A stretch of 64,000 nucleotides of DNA from Collinsella sp. (GTDB lineage Bacteria > Actinomycetota > Coriobacteriia > Coriobacteriales > Coriobacteriaceae). Numbering within the stretch: position 1 is the first letter of the stretch; the number at the start of each line of letters is the position of its first letter. Shown here piece by piece: positions 10,811 through 21,228 of the stretch. The translations under genes and the position numbers were made by a program. Where the stretch lies: NCBI GenBank assembly GCA_018382775.1, contig JAGZPG010000004.1:75594-139593 (forward strand), written 5' to 3'. The notes under the pieces were generated by a model. The model made no database searches and was not told where the DNA came from. It worked only from the letters and a program-made list of their open reading frames with translations.

Positions 10811-10827
<17 letters not shown>
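9538..10827 (-). CDS. pyrC: dihydroorotase
   Basis: The track ORF is N-terminally over-extended. A real start at the internal ATG gives MALLLKNAHVVDP... and the metal-binding motif DMHVHLREPG. Its start overlaps the pyrB stop by 17 nt. Confidence 0.85.
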
Positions 10828-12356
<1,529 letters not shown>

Positions 12357-12365
12357 TCACATGTC

Positions 12366-12385
12366 TTGACTGCTGACACAGTCAA
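12366..12385. promoter_or_regulatory. 7-bp inverted repeat TTGACTG-N6-CAGTCAA immediately upstream of the pyrR RBS
   Basis: A perfect palindrome seen directly in the sequence, flanked by an A7/T7 run. It sits in the pyrR 5' leader, so it could be a protein operator or a leader hairpin. Confidence 0.4.
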
Positions 12386-12598
12386 AAAAATAGATGCCCG
12401 ACCGCTCAAAGCGGAACCAGACACCCACAGGAAGGGCTGCTCTTTGGCAGCTATGTAATTCCATGTGGGTATCTCGTACCCCTTTAATGGTCAAGGGATA
12501 GTGTAGCCAACCTCAAGCTGAATTGCGAGCATAAATACAGAGCATTCGGTAAACGGAGCCCAATGCTCAATAAACCTATATATATTTGTGGGACGAGC

Positions 12599-12627
12599 TT
12601 GAAAACGCACGCACGAGCTGGCATAAT
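12599..12627 (+). promoter_or_regulatory. sigma-70-type promoter of rpmB
   Basis: TTGAAA-17 nt-CATAAT is a near-consensus promoter, preceded by an AT-rich (TATATATATTT) UP-like element. It predicts a leader of about 165 nt before rpmB. Confidence 0.6.
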
Positions 12628-12796
12628 CCCCTCTGCTGCACGCAAATCGGATCTACGTCCAGGGCCGTGGCGTGGGCACTATCGCCAAAAGAGAAATATC
12701 TCTGTGTAGATTACGCACAGGGAACTGCTTCTGTGCTATAGTTCAGGCTTGTTTGTTAACGCGACATGTTCGTTTGTCGCCCAAGGAGGGTCAGTT

Positions 12797-12985
12797 ATGT
12801 CCAAAGTTTGCGAAGTTTGCGGTAAGCACCCCGTTGCCGGTCGCTCCATCAGCCACTCTCACCGCGTCACCAACCGTAAGTTCCGCCCCAACATCCAGCG
12901 CGTCTACGTCGTCGTCGATGGTCACCGTCGCAAGATGAACGTTTGCTCCACCTGCCTCAAGTCCGGCAAGGTTGCGCGCTCCTAA
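12797..12985 (+). CDS. rpmB: 50S ribosomal protein L28 (zinc-ribbon form)
   Basis: MSKVCEVCGKHPVAGRSISHSHRVTNRKFRPNIQRV... is the classic L28 sequence. It has CxxC...CxxC, AGGAGG 6 nt upstream, and an ATG at 12797. The track ORF starts at an upstream in-frame TTG. Confidence 0.85.
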   Translation: MSKVCEVCGKHPVAGRSISHSHRVTNRKFRPNIQRVYVVVDGHRRKMNVCSTCLKSGKVARS

Positions 12986-13056
12986 ATAAGGTCTTACCAA
13001 CAAGTACCTCGGACTCTCCGGGTCAAAGACCTCGCGTTCACATAGAACTTACCAAA

Positions 13057-13086
13057 GGCGCTCTCCCCTACGGAGGGCGCCTTTTT
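13057..13086 (+). terminator. rho-independent terminator of rpmB
   Basis: GGCGCUCUCC-CCUAC-GGAGGGCGCC forms a 10-bp stem with one G-U pair, followed by UUUUU. Confidence 0.7.
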
Positions 13087-13087
13087 G

Positions 13088-13149
13088 CACTCATTGGGGA
13101 CAGGCTTACATGAGCGAAAACACCCGTGTAAGCCTGTCCCCAATGAGTG
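13088..13149. repeat. 23-bp perfect inverted repeat (CACTCATTGGGGACAGGCTTACA / TGTAAGCCTGTCCCCAATGAGTG) with a 16-nt loop
   Basis: Seen directly in the sequence as an exceptionally stable hairpin between the rpmB terminator and the adhE promoter. No T-run follows it, so it is not a simple terminator. Confidence 0.6.
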
Positions 13150-13174
13150 GGGCGATGCTATAGGAAAATTTAGT

Positions 13175-13204
13175 TAAAACGCTTCAGTATATTGAAGCGT
13201 TTTA
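13175..13204. promoter_or_regulatory. 12-bp perfect inverted repeat TAAAACGCTTCA-GTATAT-TGAAGCGTTTTA, a putative operator upstream of adhE
   Basis: The palindrome is about 95 nt upstream of the adhE ATG and about 45 nt upstream of a candidate -35 (TTGCTA-17-TAAATC). Its shape fits a dimeric transcription-factor site. Confidence 0.45.
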
Positions 13205-13296
13205 GTGTGCCTTTTACAGGAATCTGACCGCTCGCCGAATAATTTCTTGCTATCATGCAAGACGTAGGGTAAATCTCCGATCGCAAGGAGACACAA

Positions 13297-15945
13297 ATGG
13301 TGAAAAAGTCACCGGAAAACACTACTCCCGCAATTGTGGACAACGTAGAGGCGCTTGAGGCTAAGCTCGCTCAGATGCGAGAGGCCCAGGCGCTTTTTGC
13401 TACGTACACGCAGGAGCAGGTCGACAAGATCTTCTATGAGGCCGCCATGGCTGCCAACAAGGCTCGTATCCCGTTGGCGAAGATGGCCATCGAGGAGACC
13501 GGCCGCGGCGTTCTTGAGGACAAGGTCATCAAGAACCACTACGCCGCAGAGTACATCTACAACGCTTACAAGAACACCAAGACCTGTGGTGTCCTGGAGC
13601 GCGACGAGGCTTACGGCATCACCAAGATCGCCGAGCCCATCGGCATCGTGGGCGCCGTCATCCCGACGACCAACCCCACTTCTACCGCGATCTTCAAGAC
13701 GCTGATCAGCCTGAAGACCCGCAACGCCATCATCATCTCCCCGCACCCGGCTGCCGCCAAGTGCACCATCGCCGCCGCCAAGCTCGTGCTTGATGCCGCC
13801 GTCAAGGCCGGTGCCCCCGAGGGCATCATCGGCTGGGTTGATGTCCCCTCCATCGAGCTGACCAACATGGTCATGCGCGACGTCGACATCATCCTCGCCA
13901 CCGGTGGCCCGGGCATGGTCAAGGCCGCTTACTCCTCGGGCAAGCCCGCCCTGGGCGTTGGCGCCGGTAACACCCCGGTCGTCATCGACGACACCGCCGA
14001 CGTGCTGCTCGCCGTCAACTCCATCATCCACTCCAAGACCTTCGACAACGGCATGATCTGCGCTTCCGAGCAGTCCGTGACCGTCATCGACACCATCTAT
14101 GACCAGGTCAAGGCCGAGTTCCAGAAGCGCGGCTGCTACTTCGTCAAGCAGGGTGCCGAGATGGAGGCCCTGCGTGCCGCCATGTTCAAGAACGGCGCTC
14201 TCGACCACCGCATCCCCGGCATGGCTGCCGCCAAGATCGCCGAGCTCGCCGGCATCGAGGTTCCCGCCAAGACCAAGATCCTGATCGCCGAGGTCACCTC
14301 CACCGACCCCGCCAAGGAGGAGTTCTCCCACGAGAAGCTCTCCCCGGTCCTGGCCATGTACCACGCCAAGGACTTCCAGGAGGCCGTCGACAAGGCCGAG
14401 CACCTGGTGCTCGCCGGTGGCCCGGGCCACACCGCCTCTCTGTACGTGCACCCCGCCCAGGCCGAGAAGATCAGCCTGTTCGAGCACGTCATGAAGGCCT
14501 GCCGTATCGTCATCAACACCCCGTCCTCGCACGGCGGCATCGGTGACCTGTACAACTTTGGCATGAAGCCGTCTCTGACCCTGGGCTGCGGCTCCTGGGG
14601 CGGCAACTCCGTCTCCGAGAACGTTGGGGTGAAGCACTTGATCAACGTTAAGACTGTGGCCGAGCGCCGTGAGAACATGCTGTGGTTCCGCGCTCCCGAG
14701 AAGGTCTACTTCAAGAAGGGTTCCACGCCCGTCGCCCTCGACGAGCTCGGTACCGTCATGGGCAAGAAGCGCGCCTTCATCGTCACCGACCAGTTCCTCT
14801 TCAAGAATGGCAACACCCGCGCCATCGAGGCCAAGCTCGACGAGATGGGCATCGCCCACGACTGCTTCTACGACGTCGAGCCCGATCCGTCGCTGCAGTG
14901 CGCACGTCGCGGCGCCAAGCAGATGGCTCTCTTTGAGCCGGACGTCATCATCGCCGTCGGCGGTGGCTCCGCTATGGACGCCGGCAAGATCATGTGGATG
15001 ATGTACGAGCACCCCGAGTGCAAGTTTGAGGACATGGCCATGGACTTCATGGACATCCGCAAGCGTATCTTCACCTTCCCCGAGATGGGCAAGAAGGCCT
15101 ACTTCGTCGCCGTCCCGACCTCTTCGGGTACCGGCTCCGAGTGCACGCCGTTCGCCATCATTACCGACAAGGAGACCGGCATCAAGTGGCCGCTCGCCGA
15201 CTACGCGCTGCTCCCCAACATGGCTATCGTCGACGCCGACAACTGCATGACCGCCCCGCGCGGCCTGACCGCTGCCTCCGGCATCGATGTCATGACCCAC
15301 GCCATCGAGTCCTACGTCTCCATCATGGCTTCCGACTACACTAAGGGCCTCTCCGAGCGCGCTGCTAAGCTCGTCTTCGAGAACCTGCCCTCCAGCTTCA
15401 CGAACGGTGCCAAGGACCCGCATGCCCGCGAGGAGATGCACAACGCCTCCTGCATGGCCGGTATGGCCTTCGCCAACGCCTTCCTGGGCCTCAACCACTC
15501 CATGGCCCACAAGCTCGGCGCTTTCCATCACCTGCCCCACGGCCTCGCAAACGCCGTCATCCTGACCCGCGTTATGCGCTACAACGCCGCCGAGGCTCCC
15601 GTCAAGATGGGTACCTTCTCCCAGTATCCTTACCCCAACGCGCTGCACAACTACGCCGAGATGGCCAAGTACTGCGGCATCGAGGGCAAGGACGACAAGG
15701 AGGTCTTCGAGAACTTCATCACGAAGCTCGAGGAGCTCAAGGACTTCATCGGTGTCAAGAAGACCATCGCCGACTACGGTGTTGACGAGCAGTACTTCCT
15801 CGACACCCTCGACGAGATGACCGAGCAGGCATTCAACGACCAGTGCACCGGCGCTAACCCGCGCTACCCGCTCATGAGCGAGATCAAGGAGCTCTACCTG
15901 GACGCCTACTACGGCCGCGAGCCCCAGGACTACGCCGTCTGCTAG
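13297..15945 (+). CDS. adhE: bifunctional acetaldehyde-CoA dehydrogenase / alcohol dehydrogenase AdhE
   Basis: 882 aa with an N-terminal aldehyde dehydrogenase domain (catalytic Cys in NGMICASEQS) and a C-terminal iron-type ADH domain (GGGSAMDAGK; His-rich metal site HAIESY...HHLPHG). Confidence 0.95.
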   Translation: MVKKSPENTTPAIVDNVEALEAKLAQMREAQALFATYTQEQVDKIFYEAAMAANKARIPLAKMAIEETGRGVLEDKVIKNHYAAEYIYNAYKNTKTCGVLERDEAYGITKIAEPIGIVGAVIPTTNPTSTAIFKTLISLKTRNAIIISPHPAAAKCTIAAAKLVLDAAVKAGAPEGIIGWVDVPSIELTNMVMRDVDIILATGGPGMVKAAYSSGKPALGVGAGNTPVVIDDTADVLLAVNSIIHSKTFDNGMICASEQSVTVIDTIYDQVKAEFQKRGCYFVKQGAEMEALRAAMFKNGALDHRIPGMAAAKIAELAGIEVPAKTKILIAEVTSTDPAKEEFSHEKLSPVLAMYHAKDFQEAVDKAEHLVLAGGPGHTASLYVHPAQAEKISLFEHVMKACRIVINTPSSHGGIGDLYNFGMKPSLTLGCGSWGGNSVSENVGVKHLINVKTVAERRENMLWFRAPEKVYFKKGSTPVALDELGTVMGKKRAFIVTDQFLFKNGNTRAIEAKLDEMGIAHDCFYDVEPDPSLQCARRGAKQMALFEPDVIIAVGGGSAMDAGKIMWMMYEHPECKFEDMAMDFMDIRKRIFTFPEMGKKAYFVAVPTSSGTGSECTPFAIITDKETGIKWPLADYALLPNMAIVDADNCMTAPRGLTAASGIDVMTHAIESYVSIMASDYTKGLSERAAKLVFENLPSSFTNGAKDPHAREEMHNASCMAGMAFANAFLGLNHSMAHKLGAFHHLPHGLANAVILTRVMRYNAAEAPVKMGTFSQYPYPNALHNYAEMAKYCGIEGKDDKEVFENFITKLEELKDFIGVKKTIADYGVDEQYFLDTLDEMTEQAFNDQCTGANPRYPLMSEIKELYLDAYYGREPQDYAVC

Positions 15946-15965
15946 TTTTTAGCACGGTTATTTGC

Positions 15966-16008
15966 GGCGGGGGTGCACGGGTGTACGCACGCCCCCGCCG
16001 TTGCTTCT
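15966..16008 (+). terminator. GC-rich hairpin after adhE (putative terminator with weak T-tract)
   Basis: CGGCGGGGG...CCCCCGCCG is a 9-bp GC stem with an internal structured loop, followed by UUGCUUCU. Confidence 0.4.
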
Positions 16009-16033
16009 ATCGCATCGTTGAAAGGATGCAATC

Positions 16034-16798
16034 ATGCTGCTCCCCGATTCCAAGACCGAGCTCGTCCGTCGCGGCAACAAGGTCGTTTACGACCTGGGTG
16101 ACAAGATCGTCAAGGTCTTTAACGAGACCAAGCCCGTCTCCGACGTGTTCAACGAGGCTTTGAATCTTGCCCGCATCAATGAGTGCGGCATCCGCAGCCC
16201 CAAGGCTCTCGAGGTTTCCCAGCTCGAGAACGCCAACGGCTGGGCTCTCGTGACCGAGAAGGTTCCGGGCACCACCCTTGCCGAGAAGATGACTGCCGAG
16301 CCCCAGCGCTTTGGTGAGTACCTCGAGATGTTCGTCGACCTCCAGATCGAGATCCACGGCTACACCTCCCCGCTGCTCAACCGTCAGCGCGATAAGTTCG
16401 CCCGCATGATCGACAGCCTCGATCAGCTCAATGCCACCACGCGCTACAACCTTCAGGAGCGTCTGGACGGCATGACCAAGGAGTTCAAGGTCTGCCACGG
16501 CGACTTCAACCCCTCCAACGTCATCGTCGGAGACGACGGCCAGCTGTACGTCTGCGACTGGGCACATGCCACCCAGGGCTCCCCTGCTGCCGACGTTGCC
16601 ACCACCTACCTGCTCTTTGCCCTCAACAGCAAGGACCAGGCTGAGGCCTACCTGGAGCTCTACTGCGACCGCGCCGACATGCCCATGCAGGTCGTGCGTC
16701 AGTGGACGAGCATCGTCGCCGCTTCCGAGCTCGCTCGTAAGCGCAACGTGAACGATGAGTTCCTGAAGAACTGGATCGACGTCGTCGATTATCAGTAG
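16034..16798 (+). CDS. phosphotransferase (APH / choline-kinase-like small-molecule kinase family), substrate unknown
   Basis: 254 aa. Brenner motif CHGDFNPSNVIV, the downstream DWAHA (DFG-equivalent), an N-terminal nucleotide-binding lobe (VVYDLGDKIVKVF) and a KVPGTTL segment place it in the APH/ChoK fold. There is an RBS AAAGGA. Confidence 0.6.
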   Translation: MLLPDSKTELVRRGNKVVYDLGDKIVKVFNETKPVSDVFNEALNLARINECGIRSPKALEVSQLENANGWALVTEKVPGTTLAEKMTAEPQRFGEYLEMFVDLQIEIHGYTSPLLNRQRDKFARMIDSLDQLNATTRYNLQERLDGMTKEFKVCHGDFNPSNVIVGDDGQLYVCDWAHATQGSPAADVATTYLLFALNSKDQAEAYLELYCDRADMPMQVVRQWTSIVAASELARKRNVNDEFLKNWIDVVDYQ

Positions 16799-16835
16799 TA
16801 TCTGAGCGATTTATTTCGCATCGGAGGCACAAAGG

Positions 16836-16869
16836 AAAACCCCGCAGCTCATTTGGGCTGTGGGGTTTT
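16836..16869 (+). terminator. terminator after the kinase gene
   Basis: CCCCGCAGC-UCAUUUGG-GCUGUGGGG followed by UUUU. Confidence 0.6.
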
Positions 16870-16896
16870 CCTTTACCCGTCGAGCTTATTCACGCA

Positions 16897-16943
16897 ACAA
16901 AAAAGACTGCTCCGCATCTCATCCTAAGAGAGATGCGGAGCAG
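16897..16943 (-). terminator. rho-independent terminator of proS (minus strand)
   Basis: A 14-bp perfect stem, CTGCTCCGCATCTC / GAGATGCGGAGCAG, with a 9-nt loop. On the minus strand it is followed by UCUUUUUUG. Confidence 0.75.
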
Positions 16944-16976
16944 GCCTGCAATTATATCTACTAGCAGAAATGTCGA

Positions 16977-18698
16977 TTAACGGCGTGCTGCCTTCACAAG
17001 CTCGGCAACCTTGGCGACGACCTCATCGATCGCCACGTCCTCGCGCTCGCCCGTAGCACGGTCCTTGAGCTCAACGGTGCCATTCTTAAGACCGCGCTTG
17101 CCCAGAATCACCTGATACGGGAAGCCCATAAGGTCGTTGTCGGCAAACTTAAAGCCAGGACGCTCGTCACGGTCATCGACGACAACCTCGATACCCTCGG
17201 CGCACAGAGCCTCAACGATTTGGTCGCAAACGGTAGCGCACTCTTCCTTCTTGGGGTCGAGCGGAATCACCGCGACCTCGTACGGGGCAACGGAGACCGG
17301 CCAGACGATACCGTGCTCGTCGTTGTGCTGCTCCACGACGGCAGCAAGCGAACGGGACACACCAACGCCGTAGCAGCCCATGATGAGCGGCTTCTCCTTG
17401 CCATCCTCGTCCATAAAGGTGGCGCCCATGGCCTCGGAATACTTAGTCCCCAGCTGGAAGACCTGAGAGACCTCGATACCGCGGGCAGCGGAAAGCGGCT
17501 TGCCACAGTGTGGGCAGGGGTCGCCGGCAACGACAGTGACAAGGTCGGCCCACTCGTCGACGGAAAAATCGCGCTCGGGGCAGGCACCGGTAAAGTGATA
17601 GTCGACCTCGTTGGCACCGCAGGCCCACTGCTTGGACTCGCGCAGACTCTCGTCGCAGACCAGACGGATGCCCTCGGGCAGGTTAACCGGTCCGATAAAG
17701 CCCTTGTGCAGACCGTAGGCCTGGAGCTCCTCATCGGTCATCATGCGATAGCCCTTGCCAAAGACGTGCTCGGCCTTGCAGTCGTTGAGCTCGTGATCGC
17801 CCGGAACGATGGCCACAACCGGCTTACCCTCGGCGTCGATGAGAGCCAGGGACTTGCGCGTGCCGTTCTCGGGGAACCCAAAGAACTTGGCAACGGCCTC
17901 GATGGTGCCCATGCCCGGAGTCTCGACCTTGGTGAGCGTGCCGTCGCCGGGGCCCTCGGTCACAACGACCTTGGTGCTTGCAGCCTCGTCATCGGCAGCA
18001 AAGCCGCAATCGTCGCAGTAGACCAGCGAAGCCTCGCCGGCCTCTGCCAGCGCCATGTACTCGACGGAGGTGTCACCGCCAATCTCGCCGGAATCGGCAA
18101 CGACGGGCAGGGCCTTGATGCAGCAGCGCTCGCAGATATTGGCGTATGCCCGCTTCATCTTGTCGTACTCCTCCTGCAGGCTCTCCTGCGTGGCGGAGAA
18201 GCTGTAGGCGTCCTTCATGATGAACTCGCGACCGCGCATCAGACCAAAGCGGGGACGGAACTCATCGCGGAACTTATCCTGAATGTGATAGAGATTCACC
18301 GGCAGCTGCTTGTAGGAACGCAGCTCGTTGCGCACCAGGGCAGTCACGGTCTCCTCGTGCGTGGGACCGAGCACGAACTCGCGTCCGTGGCGGTCATCAA
18401 AGCGCACGAGCTCCTTGCCATAGGCATCGATACGGCCGGACTCGCGCCACAGCTCGGCATCGACCATGATGGGCATCATGAGCTCCTGGGCGCCGGCAGC
18501 GTCCATCTCGTCGCGCACGATGTTCTCGATCTTGCGAATCGAGCGCCAAGCAAGCGGCAGATAGGAATAGAGACCGGCGGCCTCCTTGCGAATCATGCCG
18601 GCACGAAGCAGCAGGCGATGGCTCGCAAGCTCGGCGTCGGCCGGATCCTCTTTGAGCGTCGGAGCATAAAGCTTAGACATATACATTGCTCGAGTCAT
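16977..18698 (-). CDS. proS: proline--tRNA ligase (bacterial type with editing domain)
   Basis: 573 aa, class II aaRS motifs, with an INS editing domain inserted. Confidence 0.9.
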   Translation of the reverse strand: MTRAMYMSKLYAPTLKEDPADAELASHRLLLRAGMIRKEAAGLYSYLPLAWRSIRKIENIVRDEMDAAGAQELMMPIMVDAELWRESGRIDAYGKELVRFDDRHGREFVLGPTHEETVTALVRNELRSYKQLPVNLYHIQDKFRDEFRPRFGLMRGREFIMKDAYSFSATQESLQEEYDKMKRAYANICERCCIKALPVVADSGEIGGDTSVEYMALAEAGEASLVYCDDCGFAADDEAASTKVVVTEGPGDGTLTKVETPGMGTIEAVAKFFGFPENGTRKSLALIDAEGKPVVAIVPGDHELNDCKAEHVFGKGYRMMTDEELQAYGLHKGFIGPVNLPEGIRLVCDESLRESKQWACGANEVDYHFTGACPERDFSVDEWADLVTVVAGDPCPHCGKPLSAARGIEVSQVFQLGTKYSEAMGATFMDEDGKEKPLIMGCYGVGVSRSLAAVVEQHNDEHGIVWPVSVAPYEVAVIPLDPKKEECATVCDQIVEALCAEGIEVVVDDRDERPGFKFADNDLMGFPYQVILGKRGLKNGTVELKDRATGEREDVAIDEVVAKVAELVKAARR

Positions 18699-19790
18699 TT
18701 ATTTCTCCTCAATAAGCTTGTCGACCTCGGCCATTAGCGCGTCGACAATTTGGTCCTCAGCTACTTTACCAATGATCTGGCCGTGCGAAAAGAGCAGGCC
18801 CTGACCTCGTCCGCAGGCAACACCCAAGTCGGCGTCAGAGGCCTCGCCGGGGCCATTGACTGCACAGCCCATCACGGCAATCGAAAGCGGCGCGGAGTAG
18901 TTCTTAAGCCGCTCGGTGACCTCCTCGGCGATAGGAATGAGGTTAACCTGGCAGCGAGCGCACGTGGGGCACGAGACGATCTCGGGACCACGGCGGCGAA
19001 GGCCGAGCGACTGCAGAATACCCCAGGCGACCGGCGGTTCCTCGACCGGATCGGCCGTGAGCGAGACGCGCATGGTGTCGCCAATGCCCTCGGAAAGCAA
19101 AATTCCCAGGCCCACAGAGCTCTTAATGGTGCCCTGGAGCTTGGTTCCGGCCTCAGTCACGCCCAAATGAAGCGGAACATGGGGGATTTCGCGCGACAGG
19201 GCACGATAGGTGTCAAGCGTCGTGGACACGCTATGAGCTTTGGCGGAAAGCACGATATTGGTAAAGCCGCGATCCTCAAAATGTTTGACGAAACGCTCGC
19301 TCGACATCACAAGCTTTTCGGGCTGCGTAAGGTCATCGCGCTCGGCGATATCCTGCTCAAGCGAGCCGGCGTTCACGCCAATGCGAATCGCGCACCCAGC
19401 GGCGCCCGCGGCATCGATCACGGCATCGACCTTAGCCCAATCGCCAATGTTGCCGGGATTGATGCGGAGCTTAGCGGCACCGGCCTCCACGGCACCAATG
19501 GCGAGCTTATGGTTAAAGTGGATATCAGCAACGATCGGCACCGGAGACTCCGCACAAATCGTGCGAAAGCCCTCGAGCGCAGCCTCAGTGGGCACGCTCA
19601 CGCGCACAACATCACAACCCGCCTGGGCAAGCGCACGCACTTGCGCAAGCGTTGCCTGGGCGTCGGCGGTATCGGTGCAGGTCATGGACTGAACCACCAC
19701 CGGAGCGCCGCCACCGATCTGAACGCCGCCCACATGCACGGGGCGCGTCAGCTCACGCGGCAAAGGATGGGACAAAGACAATCCAAACAC
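18699..19790 (-). CDS. ispG: 4-hydroxy-3-methylbut-2-en-1-yl diphosphate synthase (flavodoxin) IspG/GcpE
   Basis: N-terminal VGGVQIGGGAPVVVQSM TIM-barrel motif; C-terminal 4Fe-4S Cys triad (CPTCARC...GCAVNG). The start is probably the GTG or TTG just after the rseP stop. The track ORF is over-extended into rseP. Confidence 0.85.
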   Translation of the reverse strand: MFGLSLSHPLPRELTRPVHVGGVQIGGGAPVVVQSMTCTDTADAQATLAQVRALAQAGCDVVRVSVPTEAALEGFRTICAESPVPIVADIHFNHKLAIGAVEAGAAKLRINPGNIGDWAKVDAVIDAAGAAGCAIRIGVNAGSLEQDIAERDDLTQPEKLVMSSERFVKHFEDRGFTNIVLSAKAHSVSTTLDTYRALSREIPHVPLHLGVTEAGTKLQGTIKSSVGLGILLSEGIGDTMRVSLTADPVEEPPVAWGILQSLGLRRRGPEIVSCPTCARCQVNLIPIAEEVTERLKNYSAPLSIAVMGCAVNGPGEASDADLGVACGRGQGLLFSHGQIIGKVAEDQIVDALMAEVDKLIEEK

Positions 19791-19794
19791 TCCC

Positions 19795-21228
19795 CTACAA
19801 AATAAATCGAAGGACGTCGGAACGAAGCATATAGACAAACAGCAGCGCAAAGAGCACGATGCCGACATAGCTGACGATCGTCTGCACCTTCAGCGGCAGC
19901 TCGCGACCGGCGACCTTTTGAATGATCTCGATAACCAGCTTTCCCCCGTCGAGCGGCGGAATAGGCAGCAGGTTCATAAAGCCCAGCGAAAACGAGATGA
20001 GCGCAGCAAACGTCAAGAATGTCGCGGGGCCGGCGGCAGCCGCCTGAGAAGACATGACGCTGATGCCCACAATCGAGGAGGACTGATCGAGTATCTCCAT
20101 CGTATGCTGCGGCTGCAGCAGGCGCATCACGCCCTCAGCAGTCTGCTGAACATAGGAGAACGACAGCCGCGCCGACGTAATGGGGTCCAAATGGACCACT
20201 TGCGTGGAGGCATAAACGCCCAAACGCTCGTCCTCCTTGAGCGCGACCGAGGTCGTAAATTTCTTGCCGTCGTGCTGATACTCAATGGCGATATCGTCCT
20301 TGCCAGCGGCCGCTCCGATCGCATCGTACACGTCCATCCAGGAAGAGCACGACACGCCATCGACACTAAGAATCGTGTCGCCGGCCTCGATGCCCGCCTT
20401 GGCGGCTATCGAGCCTTCTTCGACCTGACCGATCACATTGCTATCGACCGGCACCGATACGCCGGCGATAGAGTAGATACTCATAAGCAGCAAAAAACCC
20501 GTCAGGATATTGACGAGAATGCCCGCGAGCAGCATAAAGGCACGCTTGAGAAAACCCTGGCCCAGATAGGTATGCGAGCGCTCCTGCTCAAGAAACTCCG
20601 AAGCAGTGACCGGCAACTCCCACACGTCGCCCTCTGCAGTCGCATGCTCTCGATCGAATTTGCGGCCGTCAAAGGTGGTATATCCTGCAGCATCGCGCGG
20701 CAGCGTCTGGTACCTAACCGGATAATAGCTGGGTGAAGGCTTCTCCCTTTCCTCGTACCAAGGTGCAATGGAACCCCAGCCCAAAAGCAAGGCACAAGCC
20801 TCGAGAACATCCTCCTCGGGCAGCTCCAGCTCGACGGAAAGGTCTGCAACCGAAACGCGACCATGACGATAGATCGCCGCAAGCACACGGTCGGCGCACG
20901 AGACATCGGTCGGGTCCATACCGCAGATAGCGGCATAGCCACCCAGCAGCAGCGGCGTCACGCCAAACTTGGTACCGATGCGACGCGACGTACGATGAAT
21001 GTCAAAGCGGCACGGTAGGCCCAAGAAAAACTCGGTGACACGCACGCCGCACGCACGGGCCGCTAAAAAGTGGCCGCCCTCGTGCAGAAACACGAGGACG
21101 GATAGCATCAAAAGACCCCAAAAGACCGAGGAGAGAACGCTCAGAACAGTATCCATAAAACGAAAAGCAATCCTTACGATTAAGAGCGGGTTGCAGCGAG
21201 CACCTCGGCGGCCTTGGCGCGAGCCCAT
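19795..21228 (-). CDS. rseP: RIP site-2 zinc metalloprotease RseP (M50 family, PDZ domain)
   Basis: HEGGH zinc motif in TM helix 1, a central PDZ domain, and a C-terminal LDG motif (LLPIPPLDGG). The likely true start is the internal ATG (ORF M25, about 21156), which removes most of the overlap with dxr. Confidence 0.8.
   Translation of the reverse strand: MGSRQGRRGARCNPLLIVRIAFRFMDTVLSVLSSVFWGLLMLSVLVFLHEGGHFLAARACGVRVTEFFLGLPCRFDIHRTSRRIGTKFGVTPLLLGGYAAICGMDPTDVSCADRVLAAIYRHGRVSVADLSVELELPEEDVLEACALLLGWGSIAPWYEEREKPSPSYYPVRYQTLPRDAAGYTTFDGRKFDREHATAEGDVWELPVTASEFLEQERSHTYLGQGFLKRAFMLLAGILVNILTGFLLLMSIYSIAGVSVPVDSNVIGQVEEGSIAAKAGIEAGDTILSVDGVSCSSWMDVYDAIGAAAGKDDIAIEYQHDGKKFTTSVALKEDERLGVYASTQVVHLDPITSARLSFSYVQQTAEGVMRLLQPQHTMEILDQSSSIVGISVMSSQAAAAGPATFLTFAALISFSLGFMNLLPIPPLDGGKLVIEIIQKVAGRELPLKVQTIVSYVGIVLFALLFVYMLRSDVLRFIL

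Noticed and set aside
12672-12938. 88-aa plus-strand ORF overlapping rpmB in another frame, and similar small ORFs inside intergenic regions (for example 15981..16163 and 46504..46701).
   Set aside because: They have no RBS and odd composition. They overlap well-supported genes or terminator hairpins and are spurious.
13309-15648. 779-aa minus-strand ORF antisense to adhE. Similar very long antisense ORFs occur at 9463..10860, 17220..18737, 25666..27168, 37775..39781, 40665..42608, 52972..54432 and 54469..55965.
   Set aside because: These are typical high-GC artefacts. Their low-complexity Gly/Arg/Ala/Asp-rich translations (GGVV..DDGV..) mirror the sense-strand codon bias. They have no RBS and no recognisable domains. 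In each case the opposite strand encodes a strongly supported conserved protein.
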